Position numbers and translations under genes: made by a program | Notes under the pieces: model-generated | What the model was told of the DNA's origin: nothing | Databases searched by the model: none | Seen by the model: only the letters and a program-made list of their open reading frames with translations | Shown here: positions 1 to 13,081 of the stretch, one piece after another | How positions within the stretch are numbered: the first letter of the stretch is position 1 | Layout of the letters: each line of letters starts with the position of its first letter | Origin: Octopus sinensis | Taxonomy: Eukaryota | Assembly: GCF_006345805.1 (NCBI RefSeq) | Contig: NC_043009.1 | Location: forward strand, 35,464,001-35,528,000 | DNA length: 64,000 nt | Direction of reading: 5' to 3'

Positions 1-130
1 GGCTAGAGAACAAAAAACGAACCAATTGATAAATTAATTATCATGCAATTTATCCTATAGCAATGAACTGAGATTTATTCCAAATGAACATTTGTGATGT
101 GGTGCATGACTTCCTCTTTATCCATGCTCT

Positions 131-263
131 ACATACATACATACATACATACATACATACATACATACATACATAAATACATCCATCCATCCATCCATCC
201 ATCCATACATACATACATACATACATACATACATACATACATACATACATACATACATACATA
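131..263. repeat. (TACA)n/(TCCA)n compound microsatellite
   Basis: Directly visible tetranucleotide array; source of the spurious YVCM ORF 50..310. Confidence 0.98.
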
Positions 264-1224
264 GTGTCAGTTTCTGGCGCATAGATTTTGAATGTTAGAG
301 GCTTTAGCAATCATGGATATGAATGATGTCGAACATAGCAAATAGTAATTTTCATGCTTTAAAAAATGCTAAACGTTATATCAATAAAGCCTTAAAGAGA
401 AGTCATCATAAATATTGATTAGTAACATTATGGCGAGGTTTTGAATATGTAAGCACAAAGTATAATCGATCGCAACGGAACCAGCTCATGGTTAATGATC
501 ATTTTTATTGGTCTGAAGTGATGAAATATCTTAAATCTCTTTGAGATCCTTCTCTGACACGAGATATTACAGTTAGTGCTGTTCAATGTTTATATATATA
601 TATATTATAAATATAAGACTCATCGGTATTTTATATTAAACAATTTTTTCATATTTCCTTATTCCTTTTATGTTTGATTGTAAAAATAGCGTTGCTAAAA
701 CCATTAGTTCATTGAAGTTTTACGACTTTCCGGCAACATCAAGATGAAGTGTTGGTAGTAATGGTGCACATTTTGCTGCAGGTCACATGAATTTTGAGAA
801 TACAACGATTAAGTCCTGGCAGATTTTATGAGTACTCTACACGTAATGTAGCTACGTGTTGATTTTCCTTTGTAATTTGCTATTATTGAAACTTTCATAA
901 TTAGCCTTCTCATTTGTGTTTTTATGGAATACTACGATAAAGATCTATACTTATGTGACCATAGAACATTTTGAGTTATGAAGTTTACAGCATACTATTT
1001 TGTTAGTCTGGAGTATATTTATAGATTTTTTTGCCCTCAGGTTTCTTGTTGAGGAAATAATCAATTTTGTTGCTTTAGTTTTCTAAAATATTCTATAACT
1101 TTCAGGTATGCTGTGATAGATGAATATTTATAATATATCAGCCATGTTGTAACTACTAGAGTGCATCTGCATTTTGCAGAACAGAATATAATTAGTGCAT
1201 GTTTTATATTTAGTGTGTAGCTAT

Positions 1225-1452
1225 ATTGGTTAGACGCTATGATAAATCGTTAGCCACAACACACATTCTTTTCTCTCCTTTTTTTCGCTCCTTTTTTCTC
1301 TCCTTGTTTTTTCTGTGACCCTTTCTTTAGAAGAGCGTAGGCTCGAAACATAAAATACTTTTTCTATTCCTGAGCGTTATACTAATACATCTGTTTGTTT
1401 TGTACACCACCTGTCTTCGTCTTTTGTTTTTTTTTTCGTAAACACTCCCTAT
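1225..1452 (+). mobile_element. Short interspersed repeat resembling a PLE 3'-end/pLTR module (GAAGAGCGTAGGCTCGAAAC family)
   Basis: The core GAAGAGCGTAGGCTCGAAAC...TTCCTGAGCGTTATACTAATACATCT...TACACCACCTGTCTTCG recurs at about 52195-52315, with a related copy at about 48800-48890 (-). The PLE link is inferred from the hammerhead-like core. Confidence 0.6.
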
Positions 1453-1638
1453 ATATTGGTTATATTAGTTTGGAAAGACTTGTTTTTGTATTGTTCTATG
1501 ATCTGGTCTTTCAATTTATTATGTTAGTCATTTATAACTAGTCTTTGTTGGAAATATTACATAGTGGAGGCACTATACATACATATGCAATCATAGTTTT
1601 GCGTTTTGTAAATACTGATGCTTCATATGTATTATTGT

Positions 1639-1865
1639 GGAGTAGCATGGCCTAGCTGTTAGGGTATGCACTCATGGACGCAAGATTCTGCTTTCACAAC
1701 CTGAATCAGGTCATATATTGTGAACCTGAGGAAAACACTTCAATTTATGTTGCTCCAGGTCACTCAACTGGCAAAAATGAGAAACCCGATGACGGAGCGG
1801 TGTCTCATCCATGAAACATATAAGCCGCAGAATCCGGGAGACTATGGCACGGGAAGAACCTTTGA
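1639..1865 (+). mobile_element. Degenerate tRNA-derived SINE
   Basis: tRNA-like head (GCATGGCCTAG..GTTAGGG) followed by the TTGCTCCAG-TCACTCA-CTGGCAAAAATGAG body also present in the 52347-52662 copy. Confidence 0.65.
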
Positions 1866-2496
1866 GCTTTTTGATCCCAATTATTCCTTATTCCTACATT
1901 TTTTTCGGAAGATGGAATTGCATGTTGATCAGAATACATTATGCTACAACTACAATGCACGGTAATTATAATGATGGAATTATTTATCTTTGTCATCTGT
2001 TAAGCCTGATATTCGTAGCCACATTAAGCATACATAAATGTACAATATATGTATCTGACTGCCAGTATACATCGACAAAACATTTGGAAAGTCACATCGA
2101 TTCTGAGGTTGGTTCCACCATGATGGTCTATGCACGTTAATGGACAAATACATTTTAGTAGGCCTCTAATTCTACTTAAACATAATATTTTAAAGAGAAG
2201 CTATGCTTTCTGTGCACGTGAAAGCACACATGTACAAAATATAATAAATGTGTATGTATGTGTTAGTGCGTGTGTGTGTTCGTGTGCGTGTGTGTTTGTG
2301 TGTGTGCGTGTGTGGGTGGGTGGGTGCTTATTTCACAGAAATTGATCCGATCAAAGTTCAGCATTTCCGTACTCAAAACAAAATGCGAATGCAGTTTCCT
2401 ATATTTTATTCAGTAGTTCACACTGCAACGCTCACGCACACACACACACACACACGCACACACACACGCACACACACAAACACACACACATACACA

Positions 2497-2542
<46 letters not shown>

Positions 2543-2878
2543 ATAATTTAAATGTAAACGTAGTCAGCCTAAAATTCGTAATTCTACCCTGTACGAAGTA
2601 CCAGCCCGAGTCCTAAGTTTTTTTGAATTTCTACTAATGATTTTTGGCAACATTTATCTCCGTGATATATCACTTATTTGATGCAACTTGTGGTCCACTA
2701 GTTGCTGAATTGTTTATTCTTATTTTCATATATGACTTATAGATATTAATTGTTAATTCTTTTATATTGCTACTTTGATAATGAGTGGCAACTTTACGCT
2801 ACCTGTGGGAAAAAGGAACTGAGTGTAAGGTCAGCGGCAAAAGCTGTTATTAATGTGGAAAGATAGTGAACTGCCAAT

Positions 2879-3476
2879 GATTATAAGAATACCAAAGCAT
2901 AAAAATAAACCATATTGTACATTAATTATCATTAAGTCAAACTCTCATTCATTATCCCTCTCAGTTTCACTCTCTATCTTTTTGTATACGCATACATACA
3001 AAAACTCACACATATAATAACATTTTAACATGTATATGCACATATATTTATCGTTTACAGACTGGTGCATACACGTGTTTGCATATACATGCATATTGCG
3101 AAGACAGGATTCTCAGTATTTGAAAATCTGGATCAACACATTATCTGGAATATCCCAGAAAGAGCAGTAAGACAATTGTAGTCTATTTTTACTTACTTCG
3201 CTTCAGCATTAAACTAATTTAGATGCACTGATAAGATTGCCCTGCCTCGACTAATTATTTTTATCCTCTTTAAATTATACCTACCGACTGGAAGGTAGGC
3301 TACGGATCGCCGGTTCTTTCCCAGTTGGACAGAACCACAAACACCGCACTTGCGTAAACTTGGATCCTGGTGGATTATCATTTAAAGCACTCAGATTGTA
3401 TACCCATTAGCTTAGGTTACCTGTGGCCCAAACTCTTCATCTTCTGTCTGTCTGTCTCTCCCCCCTCTCTCTCTCT

Positions 3477-3525
<49 letters not shown>

Positions 3526-3911
3526 TGGAGTAAGTACATAAATGTGAAACACAGTGGGAAATAAAGAGTACTCAAATACCAGAGGTTTAAGGTTTCCTCG
3601 ATTTTTATAATAGGATGAATTTATATTGAATTCACTTATTTTATTTATTTTGTTCATTGCATGCTTAAGACCGTTAATTGAAAGGACCAATAAAACAAAC
3701 CCATTTTGAAGGTGTATACTTTAACTAGTTTTGACCTTATCGACATTTCTTTTCTATTTTAACAAAACTGTCCGGCGAAAAGGAACGTGAAACTCTGAGT
3801 AACAGCTTTTGTTTTATTTCTGCTGCTTTTAAATAAAGAATATTACTCTACTTCTGGTATTTGAGTACTGTACTCTTTATTTCTCAGTTTGTTTCACATT
3901 TATGTACTTAC

Positions 3912-3961
<50 letters not shown>

Positions 3962-4589
3962 GACAGAGAGACAGACAGACAGACAGAAGACGAGGAGTTT
4001 AGGTCACTGGTAACCTAAGCTAATGGGTATACAATCTGAGTGCTCCCCACCAGGATCCAAGTTCACGCAAGTGCGGTGTTTGTGGTTCTGTCCAACTGGG
4101 AAAGAACCGACGATCCGTAGCCTACCTTCCAGTCAGTAGGTATAATTTAAAGAGGATAAAAATAATTAATCGAGGCAGTACAATCTTATCAGTGCATCTA
4201 AATTAGTTTAATGCTGAAGCGAAGTAAGTAAAAATAGAATAAAAGTGTCTTACTGCTCTTTCTGGGATATTCCAGATAATGGATCAATGTTTTGATCCAC
4301 CTTTTCAAATACTGGGAATCCTGTTTTCGCAATATACATGTATATGCAAACCCGTGTGTGCATCAGTCTGTAAACGATAAATATATGTGTATATACATGT
4401 GAAAATGTTATTATATGTGTGAGTTTTTGTATGTATACGTAAACAAAAAGATAAAGATACAGAGAGAGAGAGAGAGAGAGAGAGAGTGTGTGTGTGTGTG
4501 AAACTGAGAGGGATAATGAATGAGAGTTTGACTTATTGATAATTAATGTACAATATGGTTTATTTTTATGTTTTGTTATTCTTATAATC
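2879..4589. repeat. 1.7-kb foldback: ~600-bp inverted arms enclosing microsatellites and a MITE
   Basis: 2879-~3480 is the reverse complement of ~3930-4589 (e.g. GATTATAAGAA/TTCTTATAATC; CTACGGATCG..GGTTCTTTCCCAGTTGGACAGAACCACAAACACCGCACTTGCG and its mirror), with scattered substitutions and indels. Confidence 0.95.
3525..3912. mobile_element. MITE with ~55-bp TIRs in TA context (Tc1/mariner-type)
   Basis: GTAAGTACATAAATGTGAAAC..GAAATAAAGAGTACTCAAATACCAGA at the left is mirrored by TCTGGTATTTGAGTAC..CTCTTTATTTC..GTTTCACATTTATGTACTTAC at the right; both ends abut (TA)n. Confidence 0.75.
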
Positions 4590-5227
4590 GAGACTGGCCC
4601 ACTCTGTTTTCATTGATAATTGTTCAACATCTCCAAGCACGTCTTAGTAAGGATTAAAGTGTTACTAAGCGGAATATGTTTTGAATTATGAGAACTGATA
4701 ATAAGAAATGACAATATTTTGAATTTGATTAATTGACTTAAATCCTATCTCACATATAGTATGTTAGGCGGTTTGTTGACGGAGGATTATATACACTTGA
4801 TCTATTTGCATACGATTTCCACCCCCGTGAAATGTGAAAAAGTTATACTACATCGCAAGTTTATTTTATAAGTTGATTGTGTTTCAAATCAGGATATATG
4901 AGTGTGTGAATGGCAATAATATTATTATACATGTCGCATATATTGCCAGTATTGCACAACTTTGTGATACAGGCTAAATAAGTTTCGTTTATGGAAACGA
5001 TCGTAGCATCGATCTGACTTATCTCTCCCATTATTAAATTAAGTATAATTCACTCTGTGGGGCTTATAAAATGCTTAATCGAGCATACCTTGTATTTGCG
5101 AAGTACTCCTGTCTGTAATTAATTGAAGTATGACTGACCTTCCTTCCGTTATGGAAATACTATGCTAACCTAGTTTACACATAAAGTGCTGATGATTTGA
5201 TCGTCTAGATTAGTCTTGTCCCTTTAG

Positions 5228-5304
5228 ATATATATATATATATATAGATAGATAGATAGATAGGTAAGTAGGTAGGTAGGTAGGTAGGTAAGTAGGTAGG
5301 TAGG

Positions 5305-5335
<31 letters not shown>

Positions 5336-5420
5336 GTAGGTAGGTAGGTAGGTAGGTAGGTAGGTAGGTAGGTAGGTAGATAGGTAGGCAGGCAGGAGAC
5401 AGGCAGGTAGGTAGGCGGGA
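5228..5420. repeat. (TA)/(GATA)/(GGTA)/(GTTA) compound microsatellite
   Basis: Visible tetranucleotide arrays. Confidence 0.95.
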
Positions 5421-5864
5421 AAGTAGATAGATAGATAGGCAAACGAGGTGTCTGCTCCATGTTTGTTCTATAAACTGCACATACTGGTTGCATCTGTAGT
5501 GTAGCGTCATGTGTTGCCGAATATTGAAACATATGTAACAACGTGAATAAAGGAGCACCAAATTATGCCCATGTTCATTTCTCTTATTATTATTGCAGCT
5601 CTCTTTTTATAACGTCATAGCCCACCATCGGATATGTCCAACTTTAGTGTAAGGCGACGGTCGGAATTTAACGCAATTAATATTAGAAACGAAACATATG
5701 TGGCTTAATTGTCACGCGGCAAGCGCGTCTAATATTAGGTATATAATATGTGTGTGGACCTCTTGCATTTCTGTGACTGTTAAGCTAAAAACATGACTAA
5801 GTCCAAAATAAAATTTACGTCTAATTTTTCAAAACCTAGCGTTGAATTTTTAGACACTAAAGAT

Positions 5865-6440
5865 AGGTAAGCCCTGTTCATTGTGCAACAACATGAGTCA
5901 AGTGAATTCCATCAGGAATCATAACAGAAATGTTATGATTTATAGAGGTGAGACATGTAGAGATTCCCATTTGGTGAACGCGGCAGAATGCACGAAATAC
6001 AACTTGATTTATGTTGATTGTACAACACAACAATTATACAAAAGGTTTAATGGGCACAGATTCGACGTCAGGCACAATAACATTAGTCCGACAGTACTTT
6101 CCGAACATTTCGTTTCAAACAACTACAATTTGAAAAAAAGTTGAAAGTCAATATTCTCAGAAAATATTCTGAATCTGCTTCACTTTCACTTCTCAGAATG
6201 CATGAGGAGAAATATTTTTGCGGGTTATTAACATCACGCCCCGGAGGAATGAATAAAATGACAGGAGAATATCATCAAATTTATACAAAACTGTCTGATT
6301 AAATATTCTTTTTTCATTCCTCTTTTGTCTGTCTTCTTTTTTCTGTCTTTCTCTTTTCACCTGCTATAAAATTGAAGATTAGAGACTGATGATGTCACTC
6401 CATCAACGTATGGACGATGGTTGCTTTCGTTCATACTTTA
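5865..6440 (+). mobile_element. Penelope-like element remnant, GIY-YIG endonuclease and 3' end
   Basis: Translates to KPCSLC..TC.DSHLV..AEC.KYNLIYV-.TTQQLYKRFNGHRFDV..LSEHF, then P-GGMNK; frameshifts and stops; CTGATGA hammerhead-like remnant at ~6389. Confidence 0.8.
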
Positions 6441-6569
6441 CATTTAGATTTCTATAATTTTAAATGTTTATCACCTCTTATTTTGAACTTGACAAAGACA
6501 GACTTACTGTTGAAATATCGTTCAACTAATAAAATATCAATTACAATCGAATCGCATTCTTCGTCTTGA

Positions 6570-6587
6570 CTATTGTTATTATTATTA

Positions 6588-6644
<57 letters not shown>

Positions 6645-6727
6645 CATTATTATTATTATTATCATCATCATCACCCTCATCATCATCATCATCATCGTCA
6701 TCGTCATCGTCATCGTTATCGTTATCC

Positions 6728-6774
<47 letters not shown>

Positions 6775-6852
6775 AAAGAAATCATTATTATTATTGTTGT
6801 TGTCGCTGCTGCTGCTGTTGTTATTCTTGTTGCTTTTGTTGTTGTTGTTGTA
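6570..6852. repeat. (ATT)/(CAT)/(CGT)/(GTT) compound trinucleotide microsatellite
   Basis: Visible arrays; source of the poly-L/Y/I ORFs. Confidence 0.97.
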
Positions 6853-7539
6853 AGTTAATCAATGAAGGCCCTGATTCTAAAAATATTTAAGTCCTTCGAA
6901 AATCAATACGACTAAGGTACTTTTATCAGTAAGGTCTTTAATTTTACTTCAAGAGAATTATACTGAAAGCCCCTTTGCACTGTGATATCTCATTAAAATG
7001 AAAACTGATAAAAGACTATTTAACAATAAAAAAAATGAAAAAAAATATGTTAAATGAATATACAAATAAATATATAAATCACAAATAGCGTATATAAATC
7101 ACAAATAGCGTGAAGTTGCTAAGAAAGAGAAAAAACTCAAATGACGTTCGTTCCGAGAAAGGAAGCGCTTGTGTAAGTTAAATTCAAGAAAGGATGAAGA
7201 CAATTACAATCGCTTGCTAGTGGCAGTCTTGTGAAGTCAACTATAAAGAAATACTTTACTTAGAAATAGATTGTACAAGTTTGAGTGCACCGACGAAAAC
7301 AGGCAGCAAGCTGCAACTACTGAAGAGATAGCGGTGATGTGGTTATGAGATGAAAAACAAAGTAGAGGCGGATAAGGAAAGAAAGTAAAATAGAAGGGCA
7401 AGCGTTGCAGTCACTTGATCACGAGAGGAATTGTGCAAGTTCTATTTGCGTTTCTAACACATTTGAATATTACCGTCTAGAAATTTATAGCAACGGTGTT
7501 CGACAAATTGTTTTTCTTGTTACAGTTGTTATTTTTAAC

Positions 7540-8170
7540 ATTGCTGGAACAGACCTATTATCAAAATAGTTTCAACTCCAATCATCTGTACTTATTTGTC
7601 TATCTTGTCTGGGATTTTTGAAGACGATACGGCGTCATTCAAGGAATTTTTTTATCGATGTTTCCAGTAACTCATGCAATAACATAGAGAATACACTGTG
7701 GCTTTGTATATAATTTGCAGATTGTAAAAATAAAATCCTTCATAAGCATTTGTCTACTTCTGGTTATTTCTCTTCTGGCTGGGCTTATGTCAAACCACAT
7801 CGAACATATCTAGAGCTATACATGTTGCAGGTTTTATTTGTTTCAGCTACAATGAGCCTATGACAACATCAGCCCATAAAAAATACATTTATTTTGAAAA
7901 GTAATGCGTGCCATTACTAGCAGGTTGAGTTGCCATGTTGAGGGTCTCGTCAATAGTACAAAGTGTGAAAAGTAAGTGTTGTCCACGAAAATAATTTCGA
8001 AAATAATATCGTAGCGTTCACCTGAATAAATGGGTATGGACAGGTATGTCCGAGGGTATTTATATATTTTTGCATTTCTTTGTATAGACAATTATGTAAG
8101 GAGTGGATGGATAGGAGGCTGGTTAATACCCTGTCATGGACGCTATACACATCTTTTGTTCAGCAACACG
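7540..8170 (-). mobile_element. Highly decayed Penelope-like element remnant
   Basis: Minus strand shows a weak YLSIPIYSGE (LPY.G-like) motif, a CNMYSSRYV GIY-YIG-like stretch, and a hammerhead-like GATGA..GAAAC-stem-GTC at ~7545-7595. Confidence 0.4.
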
Positions 8171-8182
8171 ATATCTTATTGG

Positions 8183-8259
<77 letters not shown>

Positions 8260-8263
8260 TAAT

Positions 8264-8561
8264 AGCAGTATCGCCCGGCGTTGCTCGGGTTTGTAAGGGA
8301 AATAACTATATAAGAATTTTTATAGAGTGACTTCCCTTATATAATAGCAAAAAAATGCATTAAAAATGGGAAAAAATTATGGTAATTTTTTTTTTTAATC
8401 GTAGACTCATCGTAGACGCGCGCTAATACCCAGAAGGGCTCGATAGGAATCACGACTATAAGATACCCGCTTTTAGTTAAACTGCACCGAAAAATGTGGG
8501 AGTAGTTAGGAATCTAAATCGTAGGAGACAGACACACAACTTCACTTTTATATATAAAGAT
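8264..8561 (+). mobile_element. Non-autonomous Helitron/Helentron-derived element (HINE/Lep1-like)
   Basis: 5' end TAGCAGTATCGCCCGGCGTTGCTCGGG (CCCG..CGGG subterminal hairpin); 3' end ACAGACACACAACTTCACTTTTATATATAAAGAT; sits in a TA array. This matches HINE/Lep1-type architecture. Confidence 0.6.
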
Positions 8562-8581
8562 ATATATATATACATATATTC

Positions 8582-8845
8582 TTTTATTCTCTTACTTGTT
8601 TCAGTAATTTGACTGCGGCCATGCTGGAGCACCACTTTTAGTCGAACAAATCACCCCAGAACTTATTCTTTATAAGCCTAGTACTTATTCTATCGGTTTC
8701 TGCTGCCGAACTGGAAAGTGATTGGGAAGTAAACACCAACATCGGTTGCCAAGCGATGGTGGTGGTGGTGGTGGTGGTGGGCGACAAACACAGACACAAA
8801 TGACAGACACACACACATACATAAATATATGTATATATATATATG

Positions 8846-8889
<44 letters not shown>

Positions 8890-9057
8890 ATACACGACAT
8901 CCTTCTTTCTGTTTCCGCCTACCTAATCCACTCACAAGGATCTGGCCGGCCCGAGGGTATAGTAGAAGACATTTGCCCAAGATGCCACGCAGTATGATTA
9001 AACCCGGACCCATGCGGTTGGGAAGCAAGCTACTTACCACACGGCCATTCCTGCACC
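8582..9057 (-). mobile_element. tRNA-derived SINE family A (~400 bp)
   Basis: Reverse complement of the intact + copy at 34576-34985; internal microsatellite expanded. Confidence 0.92.
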
Positions 9058-9077
9058 TATATGTATATATATGTATC

Positions 9078-9310
9078 GGCGAGCTGGCAGAATCGTTAGC
9101 ACGCCGGGTGAAATGCGTAGCCATATTTCGTCTGTCTTGATGTTCTTAGTTGGAATTCCGCCTAGGTCGACTTTGCCTTTCATCCTTTCGGGGCCGATAA
9201 ATTAAGTACCAGTTACAGTTACGCACTGGGGTCGATGTAATCGACTTAATCCCTTTGTCTGTCTTTGTTTGTCCCCTCTATATTTAGCCCCTTGTGGGTA
9301 ATAAAGAAAC
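9078..9310 (+). mobile_element. tRNA-derived SINE family B (~230 bp)
   Basis: Head GGCGAGCTGGCAGAATCGTTAGCACGCCGGG, B-box-like GGAATTCCGCC, A-rich tail; homologous copies at 39141, 44407, 57238. Confidence 0.92.
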
Positions 9311-9359
9311 ATACATACATACATACATACATACATACATACATACATACATACATACA

Positions 9360-9417
<58 letters not shown>

Positions 9418-9440
9418 ATATATGTATGTATGTATATATA

Positions 9441-9486
<46 letters not shown>

Positions 9487-9553
9487 ATAGATAGATAATA
9501 GATAGATGATAGATAGATAGATAGATAGATAGATAGAGATAGATAGATAGATG

Positions 9554-9630
<77 letters not shown>

Positions 9631-9660
9631 GATAGATAGATAGACAGACACACAGATAGA
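9309..9660. repeat. (ACAT)/(TA)/(GATA) compound microsatellite
   Basis: Visible arrays at the SINE tail. Confidence 0.97.
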
Positions 9661-10049
9661 TGTGCGTGCGTGTACGATTTAGTTTCACAAACATTTTATT
9701 ATATATAGAGAGAAATGAGAGAATGTATCATTAGCAAAACCAAATATGATGATAAACGAAATACATTTTTAAGTGGAACGGAAATTTAGAAACCTTTCAG
9801 CTCTACAAATTACTTAAGGCCAGACAATGGAGTTTTGACATCAATTCAATTATTCTTTCAGAAATAAATATGAAACACATTGCAAATGGAAAAATAAATA
9901 TTGCTAAAATATACAATCCTCATCGACCTAGATTCTAGTTCTTTAACAGAAATAGTAATTCCACGTAATAAGCTACTTTCGATACGTTTAAAACATACAA
10001 CACATACATGAACCTGCACGCACGCACACGCTAACAAATACTTATTGAA

Positions 10050-10128
10050 ATACATATGTGTGTGTGTGTGTGTATTCACACATACATGTGTGTAAATATA
10101 TGATATATATATATATACGTATGTGTGT

Positions 10129-10175
<47 letters not shown>

Positions 10176-10318
10176 TATATACATATATATATATATATAT
10201 ATATAATATATAAATATATAATACATATATATATTCATACATATATGTGTATATATATATATATATAATATATATATATATTATATATGAATATATATGT
10301 ATATATACATATATCAAT

Positions 10319-10409
<91 letters not shown>

Positions 10410-10420
10410 TATATATATAG

Positions 10421-10471
<51 letters not shown>

Positions 10472-10500
10472 TCATATATGCACACGCACATACGTAAGTA
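10050..10500. repeat. Long imperfect (TA)n array
   Basis: About 400 bp of near-pure TA; self-complementary. Confidence 0.97.
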
Positions 10501-10572
10501 TATGTGTGTGCGTGTGAGTGTTTGTGTATAAGGAAAGTGATAGCGAGATCGAGAAAAATCAAAAGATGGTAA

Positions 10573-10991
10573 TTCTTTTATTCTTTTATTTCTTTCAGTC
10601 ATTTGACGGCGGCCATGCTGGAGCACCGCCTTTAGTCGAGAAAATCGACCCCAGGACTTATTCTTTGTAAGCCTAGTACTTATTCTATCGAACTCTTAGG
10701 CCAAACCACTAGGTTACGGGGATGTAAACACACCAGCATCGGTTGCCAGGTGATGTTGCGTGGGGGGACAAACACACACACTGACATATTCACACACACA
10801 CACACACACGCACGCACACACACACATATACGACTGGTTTCTTTCAGTTTCCGTCTGCCAAATCCACTCACAAGGCTTTGGTCGGCCCGTGGTTATGGTA
10901 GAAGACACATGCCGAAGGTGCCACGCAGTGGGACTGAACCCGAAACCATGACGTTAGTAAGTGAACTACTTACCACATAGCCACTCCTGCG
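10573..10991 (-). mobile_element. tRNA-derived SINE family A
   Basis: Full-length homologue of 34576-34985 in reverse orientation. Confidence 0.92.
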
Positions 10992-10994
10992 GCT

Positions 10995-11040
10995 ATAATA
11001 ATAATAATTACTTTTATTGTAATTATTATTATTATTATTA

Positions 11041-11088
<48 letters not shown>

Positions 11089-11109
11089 TATTATTATTAT
11101 TATTATTAT

Positions 11110-11167
<58 letters not shown>
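10995..11167. repeat. (AAT)/(ATT)/(AGT) microsatellite
   Basis: Visible arrays. Confidence 0.97.
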
Positions 11168-11168
<1 letters not shown>

Positions 11169-11447
11169 TTACATTGACGAAGTACCGTTAAAAAAGTCAA
11201 TGACGATAAAATTATCTGCCAACAATAGATACGCTGAAGTATGGTATGCATTGTCGGATAAATATTGCTGATATAGATATGATAGAGAAACTCAAATACA
11301 CACACAAACACATTGATTACAAATGAATTTACATGAATTAAAGTAGAGAATGCAATATGACTGTAGATTAAAATATATGTGTGTATGTATGTATGTATGT
11401 ATGTATGTATGTATGTATGTACGTATTTGTGTGTGTATTTAGGTCGG

Positions 11448-11494
<47 letters not shown>

Positions 11495-11644
11495 CCGACA
11501 TAAATAAGATGAAGCCAATATATTTGTAGAGAAAAGAACCTGGGCAAAGTTTAGTAATCTTATTCCAATCGTTGCTTATGTCTCAGTAATTGGCAACCAG
11601 GAAATGTAGCTTATAGACCAATCACGTAGCTGTGTTCTTGCCCT

Positions 11645-11692
<48 letters not shown>

Positions 11693-11698
11693 CACATA

Positions 11699-11734
<36 letters not shown>

Positions 11735-12029
11735 TGTATGTATGTAGTATGTATGTATGTATGTATGTATGCATGCATGCATGTATGTATGTATGTATAT
11801 ATATATATATGTATGTATGCATGCATGCATGTATGTATATGTAAATATACCTCGGTATGTGACTACGTAGTGGTTTTAGGATAATGTCAAGGAGGTCGCT
11901 CAGACGATGTGTAGAACAGGCTGAACCAGCTATAATGGGTCTTAGTTTAAGGTCTTTTGATTGTAGTAGTATTATGTATTTACAACCCTGTTGCTTTTAG
12001 CGTTCTGTATTTCTTATGACTTATATATT

Positions 12030-13081
12030 TTGGGTAAGCCATAGAAGTTGCTGGATTTCGAGATAACATCGATTTCCTGCCAGATCTGCCCAAACAACAG
12101 AATCCCATGCACTATTAGCTAGTTTTGATGTAACAAACTTATATATGAACATTCCTCCGATTTGGAACTTACTGCCATAAAAGATTGGGTTGAGAAACAT
12201 ACCAGACGTGGTCAGCCCCGTCATCAAAAACAATACATTCCTTTTCAACGGAAAAAAATCTACCTCCAAATTCGAGGCACAGCCATGGGGACGCAATTTT
12301 GCTCCAGTTTTCGGCAACTGAGTGTTGGGATACTTGGAACAAAACCTATATATAAAAAAATTGAAGAGAACTTCAAAAGACATATAGAGGATACATGGAA
12401 AAGATACCGCGATGATTGTTTTCTAATTTGGACTAAATCCCCAGAAAATCTGGAAGAATTCAACATCCTACCCAACAATCTCAAATTCACAAGAGAAATA
12501 AGCGACTCACAATTATCATTCTTGACATAATGGTAATTAAAAACAACACCATACTCCCAACTGATATTTATTACAAAAGCACAGATACACACCAGTTCCT
12601 AAATTTCACATCATGCCACCCAACACACACAAAACGCAACATCCCGTACTGACTAGCCAAGAAAATTTGTGCTATAGCGGGTGATCCAAATACCAGAAGC
12701 ACACGACTTATAGAACTCAAAGGATTTCTGCTCAAGCAAAATTACATTCGTCTACATAAATAGCATACAACGATCAAAAGAGATACCCATAGGATAACTT
12801 AGGGCAACACGAAAAAGACTAATCCAACCAAGGAACACAATACCATTTCTAGTAACACACAATTTGCACCGCCAAAACATTTTAAATATCATCAAAACAA
12901 ATTTGCCAAGCATAAAACAAAGTGAAAAATTAAAAAGAATATAATAACTAAACAAACATTTATCTTATGCAGAAGACAACCACATAACCTAAAGAAACTA
13001 TTATCAAAAACAAAATTCAACATGAAAAAAGAGAATAAAACATTCATAGTATCCAAATGTAATCATAACAGATTTGGGACG
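12030..13081 (+). mobile_element. Penelope-like element reverse transcriptase remnant
   Basis: Across frameshifts: RDNIDFL..LPK..LLASFDVTNLY.NIP, YLQIRGTAMGT, WKRYRDDCFLIW, FLDIMV.K, IYYKSTDTHQFLNFTSCHP.HTKRNIPY; ends at SKCNHNRFGT where an LTR-like unit begins. Confidence 0.9.

Noticed and set aside
1106-1123. TTTCAG|GTA TGC TGT GAT AGA TGA (VCCDR*) as the last exon of a paralogous CC-ending peptide
   Set aside because: Only 18 nt, no compatible upstream exons found, and easily arises by chance.
8685-11844. Numerous ORFs rich in YI/CV/HT/YLSI/poly-I/S
   Set aside because: They are translations of (TA), (CA), (TACA), (GATA) and (AAT) microsatellites and SINEs. The same applies to similar ORFs across the window.
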